A DNA stretch of 14,484 nucleotides from Verrucomicrobiota bacterium (GTDB lineage: Bacteria > Verrucomicrobiota > Verrucomicrobiia > Verrucomicrobiales > DEV007). Position numbers and translations under genes: made by a program. The stretch is taken from assembly GCA_039192745.1 (NCBI GenBank), contig JBCCWV010000123.1, forward strand, positions 1-14,484. The letters run 5' to 3'. The stretch's first letter is position 1. Each line of letters starts with the position of its first letter. This document shows, in pieces, positions 1-7,674 of the stretch. The notes under the pieces are model-generated. The model made no database searches and was not told where the DNA came from. It worked only from the letters and a program-made list of their open reading frames with translations.

Positions 1-1047
1 CGATTGTAGAAAACGAAGAGATAGTCTTCTCCATTCGACGAGACAATTCGCCGGTCGAAATACATGTCCGACAAGTCGCTGTCGAAGACCTTTGTCTCCC
101 CCGTCTGCAAGTAATAGCCGTCGGAAAAAATGATTCCGTGGTCCTCCGGCAGGAGAACGCATGAATGACGGATAGAGTCGATACGGCGGACTTCCTTCGT
201 TTTCTCATTGTAGACCAGAATGCGGAAGTCCCTCTCCTTGAACGGCTTGATCTGGAGGAGAATGAGGCTCCCCACGGTCGCATAAAAGATCTCGGCGTCG
301 TCGAGGGTCTGATCGGCGTCTTCCACCGGCTCCGCGTAAATCCCGAGACCCGAAGAGGTGTTATCCTCTACCTTGACGGTGAGATCGCCACCAGTGGTTT
401 CGACAAAGACGCGATCTTCAATCGAAATGTGAGGATGCTCCCCTTCGCGATGCATGTCCCGATGAGCCCTTTTCCATTCGAATTCCTGCTGGGGAGGAAA
501 CGCGTATTCGTGGTCGAAACGATTTCCCAGATAAACAATCCTTCCCTCCTCCAAGCGGAACTTGAAAGCTTTGATGTCGTCAATCTCCCGTCCGATCCGG
601 AACGCCATGTAGAGATGCGGGCCATTTACGCGGAACTTCACGAAAACGGCTTCCTTATAATACTTGTAGATGTATTTGAAGTCGGCCTCGAAATCCGCAC
701 CTTCGATCACTTCCGAGAGCGGAATCTCGGCCATCGCATGAGTTTCGGGATCATGGGAGTAGGCCGCGAAAACGTCACTCAGCTCTGTCGTTGACCGCAA
801 ACCGAGCTGCACATTGTATCCGAAGAGGAACTTGTCTCCTCCAATCGGGAACATGTCCTGCGGTGTGCAGTTGTTGGCTGTCGTCACCCGCTCGGTGGCG
901 ACCAACTGCATCTCCACAGCCCCAAAAACGGCGTTCCGATCGGTGTTCAGCCTTGCCAGCCGCTCGCGCAGGTCGGCGCCCTGCTTTTCCAAGCGGGCAC
1001 GGATGACCTCGTAGGCGCCACCTTCAAGTTGTTGTGCTTCAGGCATT
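1..1047 (-). CDS. Hypothetical protein, N-terminal 349 codons; gene continues beyond the window start (3' end missing). Function not recognised.
   Basis: The minus-strand frame is open across the whole 1-1047 interval, with ATG at 1045-1047 (revcomp of 'cat' in 'aggcat'). The translation begins MPEAQQLEGGAYEVIRARLEKQGADLRERL. It is missing from the ORF track only because it has no in-window stop. The competing plus-strand ORF 165-794 is shorter and looks like an antisense artefact. Confidence 0.55.
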
Positions 1048-1070
1048 TATTAGATTGAATCGTATCCTCG

Positions 1071-1095
1071 GCGGACCGCGGACGTCCACGTCCGC
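1071..1095. repeat. REP-like palindromic element gcggaccgcggacgtccacgtccgc. It is the left arm of a perfect 25-bp inverted repeat flanking the RAYT gene.
   Basis: It is the exact reverse complement of 1782-1806. It contains a GCGGAC/GTCCGC hairpin with a GGACGTCC palindromic core. It sits in the 49-bp gap between the RAYT stop (1097) and the next gene start (1047). Confidence 0.65.
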
Positions 1096-1096
1096 A

Positions 1097-1828
1097 TCAG
1101 AACCAGCCATCGGCAGATGGCCTGACTTTTGGTTTTCGGCGCAGCAAGCGAACACTCGACCACCGCCAGTCTTCAGCGCTCGCACACAAACCTGACTTTT
1201 GTGGATTCTCGTGGATGTATGCGATCACCGAGTCCAGATGCTCGACGTTGCGAATGTAGCGGTCGTAGTAGTCTTCGGCCCAAAAGGCTCCGATCCGATT
1301 GAGCTGTTTGTTCGCTTTTCTGGCGGTGAAATTTTTCCAGGATTTGACCACGTCGCCAAGCGGGTATCCTTGGAACTGTTCGACAACCACGTGCACGTGA
1401 TTGCGCATCACTACCCACGCGAGCAGTCGGTATCTGGTCTCGTCAAAGAAAAGGAATGCGTCCTCAACGGTCTTTGCAATGACCGAATCGCCTAACCAGC
1501 AGTTACCGGCACCTTGATCGAGGCCGCGTTCGATGATTCTCATTTTCTTTGTCTCGTCATCAGCCTCGAGATATTCGTCGACCACATGCTTTGGTAGCGA
1601 GTCGGCGAGACGAAACGTGATTGATTGAATCAGGTGCTCCTTGTCCCAATGCGGAAGATAGGTGCGGTCGTGCCAATCCTTGTGCGTCTTGGTTTCATGG
1701 CTGTCGGCGTCTTGGGTCATGTTGGAAAGCGCCTTCTGTGCGAAGCGGTTATTGATTTCGCGCTTCGCGCCAGAGGTTGGTGCGGACGTGGACGTCCGCG
1801 GTCCGCTGTTGAGGACGCTTTTGGGCAT
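1097..1828 (-). CDS. IS200/IS605-like (Y1, HUH) REP-associated tyrosine transposase (RAYT). The true start may be the internal ATG at about 1720.
   Basis: The 243-aa ORF carries the HUH motif (NHVHVVV), the catalytic-Tyr motif (YIHENP) and an N-terminal W-H-D-R-T-Y-L-P-H-W-D block typical of the IS200-like/RAYT family. The first 36 codons of the longest ORF are written across the right REP copy (TSTSAPTSG). This argues that the ATG near 1720 (MTQDADSH...) is the real start. Confidence 0.85.
   Translation of the reverse strand: MPKSVLNSGPRTSTSAPTSGAKREINNRFAQKALSNMTQDADSHETKTHKDWHDRTYLPHWDKEHLIQSITFRLADSLPKHVVDEYLEADDETKKMRIIERGLDQGAGNCWLGDSVIAKTVEDAFLFFDETRYRLLAWVVMRNHVHVVVEQFQGYPLGDVVKSWKNFTARKANKQLNRIGAFWAEDYYDRYIRNVEHLDSVIAYIHENPQKSGLCASAEDWRWSSVRLLRRKPKVRPSADGWF
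1782..1806. repeat. REP-like palindromic element gcggacgtggacgtccgcggtccgc. It is the right arm of the inverted repeat flanking the RAYT gene.
   Basis: Perfect 25/25 reverse-complement match to 1071-1095. It lies at the 5' end of, or just upstream of, the RAYT coding region. Confidence 0.65.
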
Positions 1829-1830
1829 TT

Positions 1831-3735
1831 TTACTCCCCGTTCTCCTTGGCAGCTGGCTTCTTCTTCGAGCCGGTGAGTTTGGAGAGGGCCTTTTCGACG
1901 AGGGCGAGAGTGTCGCTGTTTTCTACGGCGCGATCGACCGCCTTGCCGGCGGTCACTGCAGTCGTGATCTTGTCGAAGAACTCGGCTTCGCCACCGACAA
2001 TGTCGATGTTGGCACTCTTGAGCGCCTCGCCCACCACGCGCGCCTGTTCGGCGGCGATGTCTTTCTGCACGTCGATCTCGGCGATCTCGACGTCCTTCTC
2101 TTTCTGAAGCCTGAGCTTGAATTCCTCGTGGCTTTGACCGGCTTCTTCGAAGAGCTTCATGGCTTCCGCTTTCTCGGTGATGCCTTTCGCTTCGGCGAGT
2201 TGCTTCAACTCGATGACGTTGGCTTCCGCAGTGCCGTGTTTCTCGGTGGCTTCGGCTTTGGCGACCATGACTTGAGCTTCACCCAAACCTGCGGCCGCGG
2301 ACTCGGCTGCCACACCTTCCGCGATAGACTTCTTCGCGGAGGACTCTTTGCTTGCGGCGGCCTCCATGGCATCCGCTTCGATGATGACTTCGGCGGCATG
2401 TAATTCGGCGGCCTCCTTGGCTGCTTCTGCTTCCTTCACCTTGGCATAGGCTTCCTGATCCGCCGCCAGTTGCACGGCTTCCTTCTCGGCTTCGGCCTCC
2501 TTGATGCGTTTGACGAGCCCCTCCTGCGCTTCCTTTTCGGCGGCGGTGACGGCCACTTGCTTATCGCGGTCAGCACCGGCAAAGGCCTCTGTATCAAGAA
2601 TTTTTTGCTGTTCCTCGACCACGGTTTTCTCCACCGCGACGCGTTCCTTGATCACGTCCTGGATATTGCGTTTCTCAACCTCGACGGCCTTGTCGCGCTC
2701 AATACCCTTCAAGGCGGTGACGCGATCACGCTCGATTTCCTCAAGGTGGCGATCCCGCTCGACACGCTCTTTTTCGACGGCGTCCGTCCGCTCCTTGTTG
2801 CGTTGCGCAACGATGATCTGGCGGTTCTTGTTCTCTTCCGCGATCATGAGTTCCTCTTCCGTCATGATGCGGGCTTGCTCTGATTTCAGGCGCTGCTCTT
2901 CAGCGACTTTCTTCGCCTCGGCACCTTCACGCGCTTGCACGGTATCGACCTCCCGCTGTTGCTTGGCTTCCGTTTCCGCCAACTGACGTTCCAGTTCGAG
3001 AATCGCTTCGCGCGCTTCGACGTCCTGCTGTTTGATCACGCGTTCCTTGTCGCGTTGGATGTTATTGGCGAGCTTCGCTTGCGCCGCCGTGAGGTCAGTG
3101 ATTTTCTTGATACCCTCCGCGTCGAGGATGTTGTCCGGACTCAGCTCGGTCAGGCTTGTTTGCTCGAGGTAATCGATAGCGGCATCGTCCAGAAGGTAGC
3201 CGTTGAGGTCCGTTCCGATGACCTTCAAAATTTCCTCTTTGAAGGTGTCTCGCTCTTCGTAGAGCTCGACGAAGTCGAAGCGTTTACCCACCGTCTTCAG
3301 GGCTTCGGAGAATTTTGCGTCGAAGAGGTGCTCAAGCGTCGCCTGACTGGAGGCGCGGTCACAACCGATGGATTGCGCAACCTTTTTAACGGCATCGATT
3401 TCCGGATTCACGCGCACGAAGAACGCGACCTTGATATCGGCGCGAATGTTGTCCTTACAAATCAATCCGTTGCAGCCGGAGCGATCGATCTCAATGCGCT
3501 TCACGGAGATGTCCATGAACTCCTTCCGGTGCACAACAGGAAGAACGATCATGCCGGAAAAGGAGACTTTTGTCTCTCCGACGCCTGTGCGGATAAGGGC
3601 CTTGCCTTGCTCGACCTTGACGAAGCACTTCAGGATCACGATGATCCCCATGACGAGGATGAAGATCGAGGCTCCAATCACAATGGAGAGCATCGGCCCC
3701 AGAAATGCGAGGATAGCGATGTTGGGTATTGTCAT
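1831..3735 (-). CDS. Flotillin family (SPFH/band 7) membrane protein, YqiK-like.
   Basis: The 634-aa protein has an N-terminal transmembrane segment (IAILAFLGPMLSIVIGASIFILVMGIIVIL), then an SPFH domain, then a very long E/A/K-rich coiled coil (EA repeats). The size and architecture match bacterial flotillins. The 3-bp gap to the upstream NfeD-like gene indicates an operon. Confidence 0.9.
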   Translation of the reverse strand: MTIPNIAILAFLGPMLSIVIGASIFILVMGIIVILKCFVKVEQGKALIRTGVGETKVSFSGMIVLPVVHRKEFMDISVKRIEIDRSGCNGLICKDNIRADIKVAFFVRVNPEIDAVKKVAQSIGCDRASSQATLEHLFDAKFSEALKTVGKRFDFVELYEERDTFKEEILKVIGTDLNGYLLDDAAIDYLEQTSLTELSPDNILDAEGIKKITDLTAAQAKLANNIQRDKERVIKQQDVEAREAILELERQLAETEAKQQREVDTVQAREGAEAKKVAEEQRLKSEQARIMTEEELMIAEENKNRQIIVAQRNKERTDAVEKERVERDRHLEEIERDRVTALKGIERDKAVEVEKRNIQDVIKERVAVEKTVVEEQQKILDTEAFAGADRDKQVAVTAAEKEAQEGLVKRIKEAEAEKEAVQLAADQEAYAKVKEAEAAKEAAELHAAEVIIEADAMEAAASKESSAKKSIAEGVAAESAAAGLGEAQVMVAKAEATEKHGTAEANVIELKQLAEAKGITEKAEAMKLFEEAGQSHEEFKLRLQKEKDVEIAEIDVQKDIAAEQARVVGEALKSANIDIVGGEAEFFDKITTAVTAGKAVDRAVENSDTLALVEKALSKLTGSKKKPAAKENGE

Positions 3736-3738
3736 TTT

Positions 3739-4452
3739 TTAGTCTGTTAGTTCAGGGTTGGAAAAAGGTTTTACGGTGTAAATGAGGTTCTCCTTGTCTT
3801 CATCGACGACAAGAACAGAGACACCTTTGCCAATGGCCGGTGCCCCGGGTGCCACACGGGCATTGAGAAGAAGATCGGTGCCGTCACGGTCAATTCCGAT
3901 CTGACCGTGCCTTTCAGTCACCTCCGAAGTTTTCACAACGCCGACAGATCCCACGACTGGCTCATGATTGTCTGCGCCCTTTTTCAGCGCACGCATGAGG
4001 GGACGCAGAGGGGCTGTCACTGCCTTCGTCACGAAAATGCTCGCGATGAAATTCACAGCAAAAAGTCCGGTCGCGATGAGGACGCTGTGGCCGGGATTCA
4101 AGTAGTGGTTGGCTGTGACGGCGATGCTCCACAGGGAAAGTGAAAGAATGCTCAAGATCACCATGAGGGGCACGTCCGCCGCGTTGACGAAGCGAAGAAC
4201 AGCGTGCAGCACGTTCCCGTGATGCGCCTCTGGGAGGTCACCCGTATCGGCATCAATTTCCGCATCAACATCCAAATCCAGGTCCGCGTCGAGATCGATG
4301 CCGCCTTCCATGTCCATATCGAGGTCGACGTCGAATGCATCTGCCGAAGCGACACCGATGGCCACGAAGACCCAGTAACCGAGCACGATGCCCAGAAGGA
4401 TCGTTAGCGGCAGGTTGTATGCCCGAATGGCTTCCTCAATTATCTCCGTCAT
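3739..4452 (-). CDS. NfeD-like/YqiJ-like inner-membrane protein with a C-terminal OB-fold; flotillin partner.
   Basis: The 237-aa protein has three predicted TM segments. Its C-terminal beta-rich segment (GSVGVVKTSEVTERHGQIGIDRDG...GKGVSVLVVDEDKENLIYTVKPF) resembles the NfeD OB-fold. It sits immediately upstream of a flotillin gene, as in E. coli yqiJ-yqiK. It also carries an acidic DLD/DVD repeat tract (aa ~38-70). Confidence 0.8.
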   Translation of the reverse strand: MTEIIEEAIRAYNLPLTILLGIVLGYWVFVAIGVASADAFDVDLDMDMEGGIDLDADLDLDVDAEIDADTGDLPEAHHGNVLHAVLRFVNAADVPLMVILSILSLSLWSIAVTANHYLNPGHSVLIATGLFAVNFIASIFVTKAVTAPLRPLMRALKKGADNHEPVVGSVGVVKTSEVTERHGQIGIDRDGTDLLLNARVAPGAPAIGKGVSVLVVDEDKENLIYTVKPFSNPELTD

Positions 4453-4484
4453 TTTGCGGCCAAAACTACCGGGAGCCGCACGAC

Positions 4485-4504
4485 GAATCGATTATAATCG
4501 AATC
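4485..4504. promoter_or_regulatory. Palindromic operator/promoter element: the 14-bp perfect palindrome TCGATTATAATCGA (4488-4501), with a consensus TATAAT -10 hexamer at its centre. It extends to a 20-bp near-palindrome.
   Basis: The palindrome was read directly from the sequence. It lies in the 111-bp divergent intergenic region between the yqiJ-like gene (minus, start 4452) and the HTH gene (plus, start 4564). A TTTTAC -35-like hexamer lies 16 bp away for the minus-strand direction (4515-4520, revcomp). Confidence 0.45.
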
Positions 4505-4563
4505 CGCGTTTTGTAAAAGAGACTTATGCTTGCCCGGAGCCCTGCTTTTCGCGACCATGGGGC

Positions 4564-5043
4564 ATGGAATCTCACGAAGTGATTCGAAAAGCCTGCGAAA
4601 ACCCCGGTCCGAAGCAAGTCGCGGCCGATTTGGGCGTTTCGCTTTCCCTCGTCTACAAATGGGGCGAGCCCAACTCAGAGACCGGAAGCGGCAGCCGGAA
4701 CCCACTCGACCGGGTCGCCGAGCTGATTCGGATCACCAAGGACCGGCGTCTCATCCAGTGGCTTTGCGAAGAAGCAGGTGGGTATTTTGTGCGAAATCCG
4801 GAGAGCGCCTGCGAGCAGGGCTATGAGGTCATGCCCGCGACCAATGAGATCGTCCGGCAATTCGGCGCCCTACTCACCGAGATCAGCCGTGCGGCCGAGG
4901 ACAACGCGATCACCGACGATGAGTCCGATCGCATTCGCCACGTCTGGGATGCTTTGAAATCCTTTACGGAGGGTTTCGTCACTTGTTGCGAAGAAGGCGA
5001 TTTTTCCAAGATCCGCGATGCCGATGCATCGACATTATCCTAA
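4564..5043 (+). CDS. Small helix-turn-helix DNA-binding protein, phage CII/CP76-like regulator (putative).
   Basis: The 159-aa ORF has the HTH-like segment QVAADLGVSLSLVYKWGEP followed by SGSRNPLDRVAELI. This resembles the CII-type pattern (lambda CII: AEAVGVDKSQISRWKRDW). The family assignment is from memory only. Confidence 0.5.
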   Translation: MESHEVIRKACENPGPKQVAADLGVSLSLVYKWGEPNSETGSGSRNPLDRVAELIRITKDRRLIQWLCEEAGGYFVRNPESACEQGYEVMPATNEIVRQFGALLTEISRAAEDNAITDDESDRIRHVWDALKSFTEGFVTCCEEGDFSKIRDADASTLS

Positions 5044-5055
5044 CATTTTCCCAAT

Positions 5056-5505
5056 ATGAAACTCTCATTCCACATCATTGCCCTCTCAGTGCTTATTCTC
5101 AGCGCATGCAGCAAGAAAGAAGAAGCGAAAGCCCCCATCGCTGGTGACCCGGAAAGCCCGGACGTCTCCAAGGTCATCGCTCCGGAGAACAGAGTCGTGA
5201 AATACGCCGATCTCGGTTGGAAGAACAACCTCTACACATTTGAAGACAAGCCCTACACCGGCAAGGCCGAAAGACGGGAAGGCGAATCACTCCTCGCGAG
5301 CTACACCATTCGCGATGGCCAATTCGACGGACCGACCCGCGAATACTATCCAAGCGGCCAAATCAAGGTCTCTACGAATTTCAAGGAGGGCAAACGGAAC
5401 GGGCCGAACGTCTATTTCAACGAGGATGGCTCGACCTTAAAATCGCAGGTCTACGAAATGGACGTCCTGGTAAAAAGTTCCGACCCAACCGAACTGGCCG
5501 AGTAG
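5056..5505 (+). CDS. Lipoprotein with MORN-variant repeats (YwqK-like repeat family).
   Basis: There is a signal peptide with lipobox (ILSAC). The repeats YTFEDKPYTGKAE..., REYYPSGQIKVSTNFKEGKRNGPNVYFNEDGS are typical MORN-variant units. Confidence 0.8.
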   Translation: MKLSFHIIALSVLILSACSKKEEAKAPIAGDPESPDVSKVIAPENRVVKYADLGWKNNLYTFEDKPYTGKAERREGESLLASYTIRDGQFDGPTREYYPSGQIKVSTNFKEGKRNGPNVYFNEDGSTLKSQVYEMDVLVKSSDPTELAE

Positions 5506-5545
5506 AATTTTGGACTGAAAAAGGCCCAACCGGGCGTTATAGTTT

Positions 5546-6574
5546 ATGATGCGCCGATTTCATTGGCTCCGATTTTCCCTTCACGGCTTGTTGGCCACCG
5601 CAAGCTGGCTTTGCACAGGCGGCAGCGCCATCGCTGAAGGAAAAGTGGAAGTAGAGAAGCCGGTCGATCCCCTCGCTAAAGAATTTCCTGAGTCGAAAGC
5701 GGATCTTGTCGCAATTCAAAAAGCGATGCTCGACGTGCTCGAGCAGGCAAAGGCGGCAACCGTTGGCATTCTCAGCAACGGTTCCGGAAGCGGCGTCATC
5801 ATTTCCCCGGACGGCTACGTCTTAACCGCAGGTCACGTCAGCGGGGAACCCGATGCGGATGTGACGATTGTCACGACTGGCGGCGAGCATCTGGAAGCCA
5901 CATCGCTTGGGAACATTGTTTTCGCCGACGCGGGGTTGGTAAAGATCAATGGCGATGGACCCTTCCCCTACGTCGAGATGGGAGAACCGGGTGAGGCCAA
6001 TCCCGGTGATTGGTGTTTTGTGTTAGGGCATCCCGGCGGCATCGACGAAGACCGAGGCGTCGTCCTGCGCATCGGGCGCGTTATTCGTCGGCGCACGACA
6101 ACCATTCAAACCGACTGCAAACTCATCGGCGGCGATTCCGGGGGACCGCTTTTCAACATGGCGGGCGAGGTCATCGGCATCAACAGCCGCATCTCCCTCG
6201 GCCTCGACGACAACTACCACGTCACGATCCGCGCCTTCAAACGCTACTGGGAAAAGATGCGGGAATCACAACTCGTTCGCGTCCCGCGCACCTACGTTGT
6301 CCGCAATGGCGGTTACCTCGGCGTCAACAAGGTAGCCCACGCGCGAGGCGTTTCGCTCACCGTCATCGTCGGCGATTCTCCGGCCGAAATCGCGGGACTT
6401 CGCTCCGGGGACATCATTACCCACGTCAATAGCGAACCCGTCGAGGGCACGTTCGATTTCTCACGCAAAGTGGGATCGAAAAAACCGAACGAAGTCGTGA
6501 AGTTCACTTTCGAGCGCGAGGGAGAAGTTCAGGAACTCATGATCGAATTGGGAACCCATCCCTCCTCTTCTTAA
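5546..6574 (+). CDS. Periplasmic trypsin-like serine protease with a C-terminal PDZ domain (HtrA/DegP/S1C family).
   Basis: It has a signal peptide. The catalytic triad motifs are present: His in VLTAGHV, Asp in DAGLVKI, Ser in GGDSGGPLF. A single C-terminal PDZ domain follows (GYLGVN...GLRSGDIIT). Confidence 0.9.
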   Translation: MMRRFHWLRFSLHGLLATASWLCTGGSAIAEGKVEVEKPVDPLAKEFPESKADLVAIQKAMLDVLEQAKAATVGILSNGSGSGVIISPDGYVLTAGHVSGEPDADVTIVTTGGEHLEATSLGNIVFADAGLVKINGDGPFPYVEMGEPGEANPGDWCFVLGHPGGIDEDRGVVLRIGRVIRRRTTTIQTDCKLIGGDSGGPLFNMAGEVIGINSRISLGLDDNYHVTIRAFKRYWEKMRESQLVRVPRTYVVRNGGYLGVNKVAHARGVSLTVIVGDSPAEIAGLRSGDIITHVNSEPVEGTFDFSRKVGSKKPNEVVKFTFEREGEVQELMIELGTHPSSS

Positions 6575-6577
6575 AAA

Positions 6578-7645
6578 ATGGATTCGCACCTTAAAATCAT
6601 CGCTTTCATTCTGTGCGTTCTCGCCAATGGCGCGTTCGCCGAGGAAGTCACCGCCGAGAAAAACGAAGAGCCTGAGCGCAAAGCGGAAAAGGCTTTGCCT
6701 TTCGTTACTTCCTACAAGCTCTCACCTGACCTCTTTCTCAACGGCGAAAAAGTGGTTGGCGCCTTCAAGGAAGCGGAAGAAGTGGCGCTCTCATCCACCG
6801 TCAAATTTTTCAAAGAAGGACGAGTGTTTATCCTGGGAACTGCGATCACCGAAGATGGCTACCTTGTCACGAAGGCCAGTGAATTCGAAGACGGGCTGCC
6901 CTTCGAAGTGGAGACACTCGATGGAGAACGGCTCGACGGCGAGTTGATCGACATAGACAAGGAGGAAGACATCGCCTTGGTGAAAATCGCAGCGGGGAAA
7001 GTTCCACCCATCGAATGGACCAGCTCGGAAGAAACTTCTCATGGAACCTGGGTGACTTCTGCCGGTGTGCGTGGAGAGCACCTTGCCGTTGGTATCATCA
7101 GCGCGAATCGACGGGAAATTCCGCGCCGTGGCGGCGTTCTCGGCGTGCTTCTCGACCCGCATGACGATCCCAAGGAGTTGGGCGTTGGCATTTCCGCCGT
7201 CCGCCCTGACAGCCCCGCCGATAAGGTCGGACTTCTCAAAGGCGACCTCGTCACCGGCGTCGGCGAGAGAAAAATCCGTAACCGCAACCAGATCGGTCGC
7301 ATCATCGAGAAGCACGATCCCGGTGACACCATCGAACTCACGATCGTGCGCGGGGAAGAGAACCTCACCGTCTTTGCCACGCTCGCTTATCGTTCCTTTG
7401 TTTTCGACCCCCTCGATCGCAATCAACGCATGAGCGGCAGCACCTCCATCCGCAAGGCTGGCTTCTCCGAAATCCTTCAGTCAGATCTCCCCCTCCCCCC
7501 TGAAGCGATGGGAACGGCCATGCTCGACATTGATGGTAAAGCGTTAGGCTTGAACATCGCGATGTCCGACCGTGTGACCACTTTTGCGCTGCCTTCAGAA
7601 CTGGTTCAGCGTGTCATCGCGGACCTCATGCCAGCGGAAGAGTAG
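6578..7645 (+). CDS. HtrA-like paralog that is predicted to be catalytically inactive (pseudoprotease), with the PDZ domain inserted inside the protease fold.
   Basis: It has a signal peptide (ANGAFA). It aligns by eye with the upstream HtrA: the Asp motif DIALVKI is kept; the His position reads VTKASE instead of TAGHV; the Ser motif reads GTAMLDIDGKALGLNIA instead of GDSGGPLFNMAGEVIGINS. The PDZ domain (GVLGVLL...GDLVTG...TIELTIVRG) lies between the two protease half-barrels. The gap from the upstream gene is 3 bp. Confidence 0.8.
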   Translation: MDSHLKIIAFILCVLANGAFAEEVTAEKNEEPERKAEKALPFVTSYKLSPDLFLNGEKVVGAFKEAEEVALSSTVKFFKEGRVFILGTAITEDGYLVTKASEFEDGLPFEVETLDGERLDGELIDIDKEEDIALVKIAAGKVPPIEWTSSEETSHGTWVTSAGVRGEHLAVGIISANRREIPRRGGVLGVLLDPHDDPKELGVGISAVRPDSPADKVGLLKGDLVTGVGERKIRNRNQIGRIIEKHDPGDTIELTIVRGEENLTVFATLAYRSFVFDPLDRNQRMSGSTSIRKAGFSEILQSDLPLPPEAMGTAMLDIDGKALGLNIAMSDRVTTFALPSELVQRVIADLMPAEE

Positions 7646-7674
7646 GGCCTTCGTCTTCTGGCTCAAAAGAGCGC

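Larger units (their letters stand above)
1071..1806 (-). mobile_element. REP-RAYT-REP unit (REPIN-like domesticated IS200-type element) inserted between the flotillin gene and the upstream partial gene.
   Basis: A single Y1 transposase is bracketed by inverted copies of a hairpin-forming 25-mer. This is the arrangement established for RAYT/REP systems. Confidence 0.55.

Noticed and set aside
165-794. 209-aa plus-strand ORF at the window start, plus ORFs at 791-1006 and 814-1014
   Set aside because: These lie antisense to a longer uninterrupted minus-strand frame (1-1047) that has a proper ATG and a protein-like composition. They are typical shadow ORFs in GC-rich coding DNA.
2128-3750. Several long plus-strand ORFs (2470-2883, 2501-2986, 2935-3750, 3368-3742) opposite the flotillin gene
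   Set aside because: They are antisense to the low-complexity EA-rich coiled-coil coding region. Their translations are Leu/Phe/Arg-rich with no domain features.
4335-4826. 163-aa plus-strand ORF spanning the divergent intergenic region and the HTH gene in another frame
   Set aside because: It reads through the promoter region and overlaps both real genes. Its Arg/Pro-rich translation is typical of an off-frame artefact.
5523-5545. Possible intrinsic terminator GCCCAACCGGGC followed by GTTATAGTTT after the lipoprotein gene
   Set aside because: The stem is only 4 bp and the T-tract is interrupted. It is too weak to call. The downstream HtrA gene may be co-transcribed.
7646-7674. Convergent-gene terminator between the pseudo-HtrA gene and the low-GC secreted-protein gene (AGAGCGCT then TTATTTTT)
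   Set aside because: The palindrome is a 6-8-mer with no loop, so no stable hairpin can be drawn from the 29-bp gap.
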